Below the pieces are notes generated by a model. It saw nothing but the letters and a program-made list of their open reading frames with translations. It was not told the DNA's origin and ran no database searches. Positions 20,411 through 20,577 of a stretch of DNA of 20,577 bases are shown piece after piece; positions within the stretch are counted from its first letter, which is position 1, and each line of letters starts with the position of its first letter. Position numbers and translations under genes: made by a program. The DNA lies in contig NW_021824177.1 in NCBI RefSeq assembly GCF_006345805.1, positions 1 through 20,577 of the forward strand, read 5' to 3'. Source of the stretch: Octopus sinensis (lineage: Eukaryota).

Positions 20411-20577
20411 CACACAGAGATTTTTATATTTCACTGTACAATAAACTCGTTGATATAAATTCATCATACATTTATGTTGTGTGTGTGTGTGTGTGTGTGT
20501 GTGTACAGGCAGACATGCAGACAACAGACCGAAAGCGATAGATAGATATACATATACATACACCTACATATTTTCAT

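Overview
Eukaryotic, AT-rich, repeat-saturated non-coding DNA with no intact host gene detectable. The very high density of (TA)n/(CATA)n/(TG)n/(TAA)n microsatellites and the SINE types resemble coleoid cephalopod (octopus-like) genomic DNA, but that is an inference. Nearly all ORFs in the track are translated microsatellites (YIYI/MYVC/HTHT) and are spurious. Supportable content: (i) a decayed, 5'-truncated R4/Dong-like RLE non-LTR retrotransposon (~13764-16955) with two SINEs nested in it; (ii) a second, short Dong-like 3' fragment within (TAA)n (8453-8724); (iii) a decayed Tc1-like transposon with DD36E spacing (10776-11900); (iv) three tRNA-head SINE families (called A, B, C here) plus a chimeric C/A SINE; (v) an ~870-bp tandem duplication; (vi) five inverted-repeat/foldback elements, one flanked by mirror-oriented (TATG)n/(CATA)n arrays; (vii) a few decayed hammerhead-ribozyme-like motifs. 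I see no convincing novel multi-gene system. The most interesting signals concern transposon architecture and how these elements interact with microsatellites.
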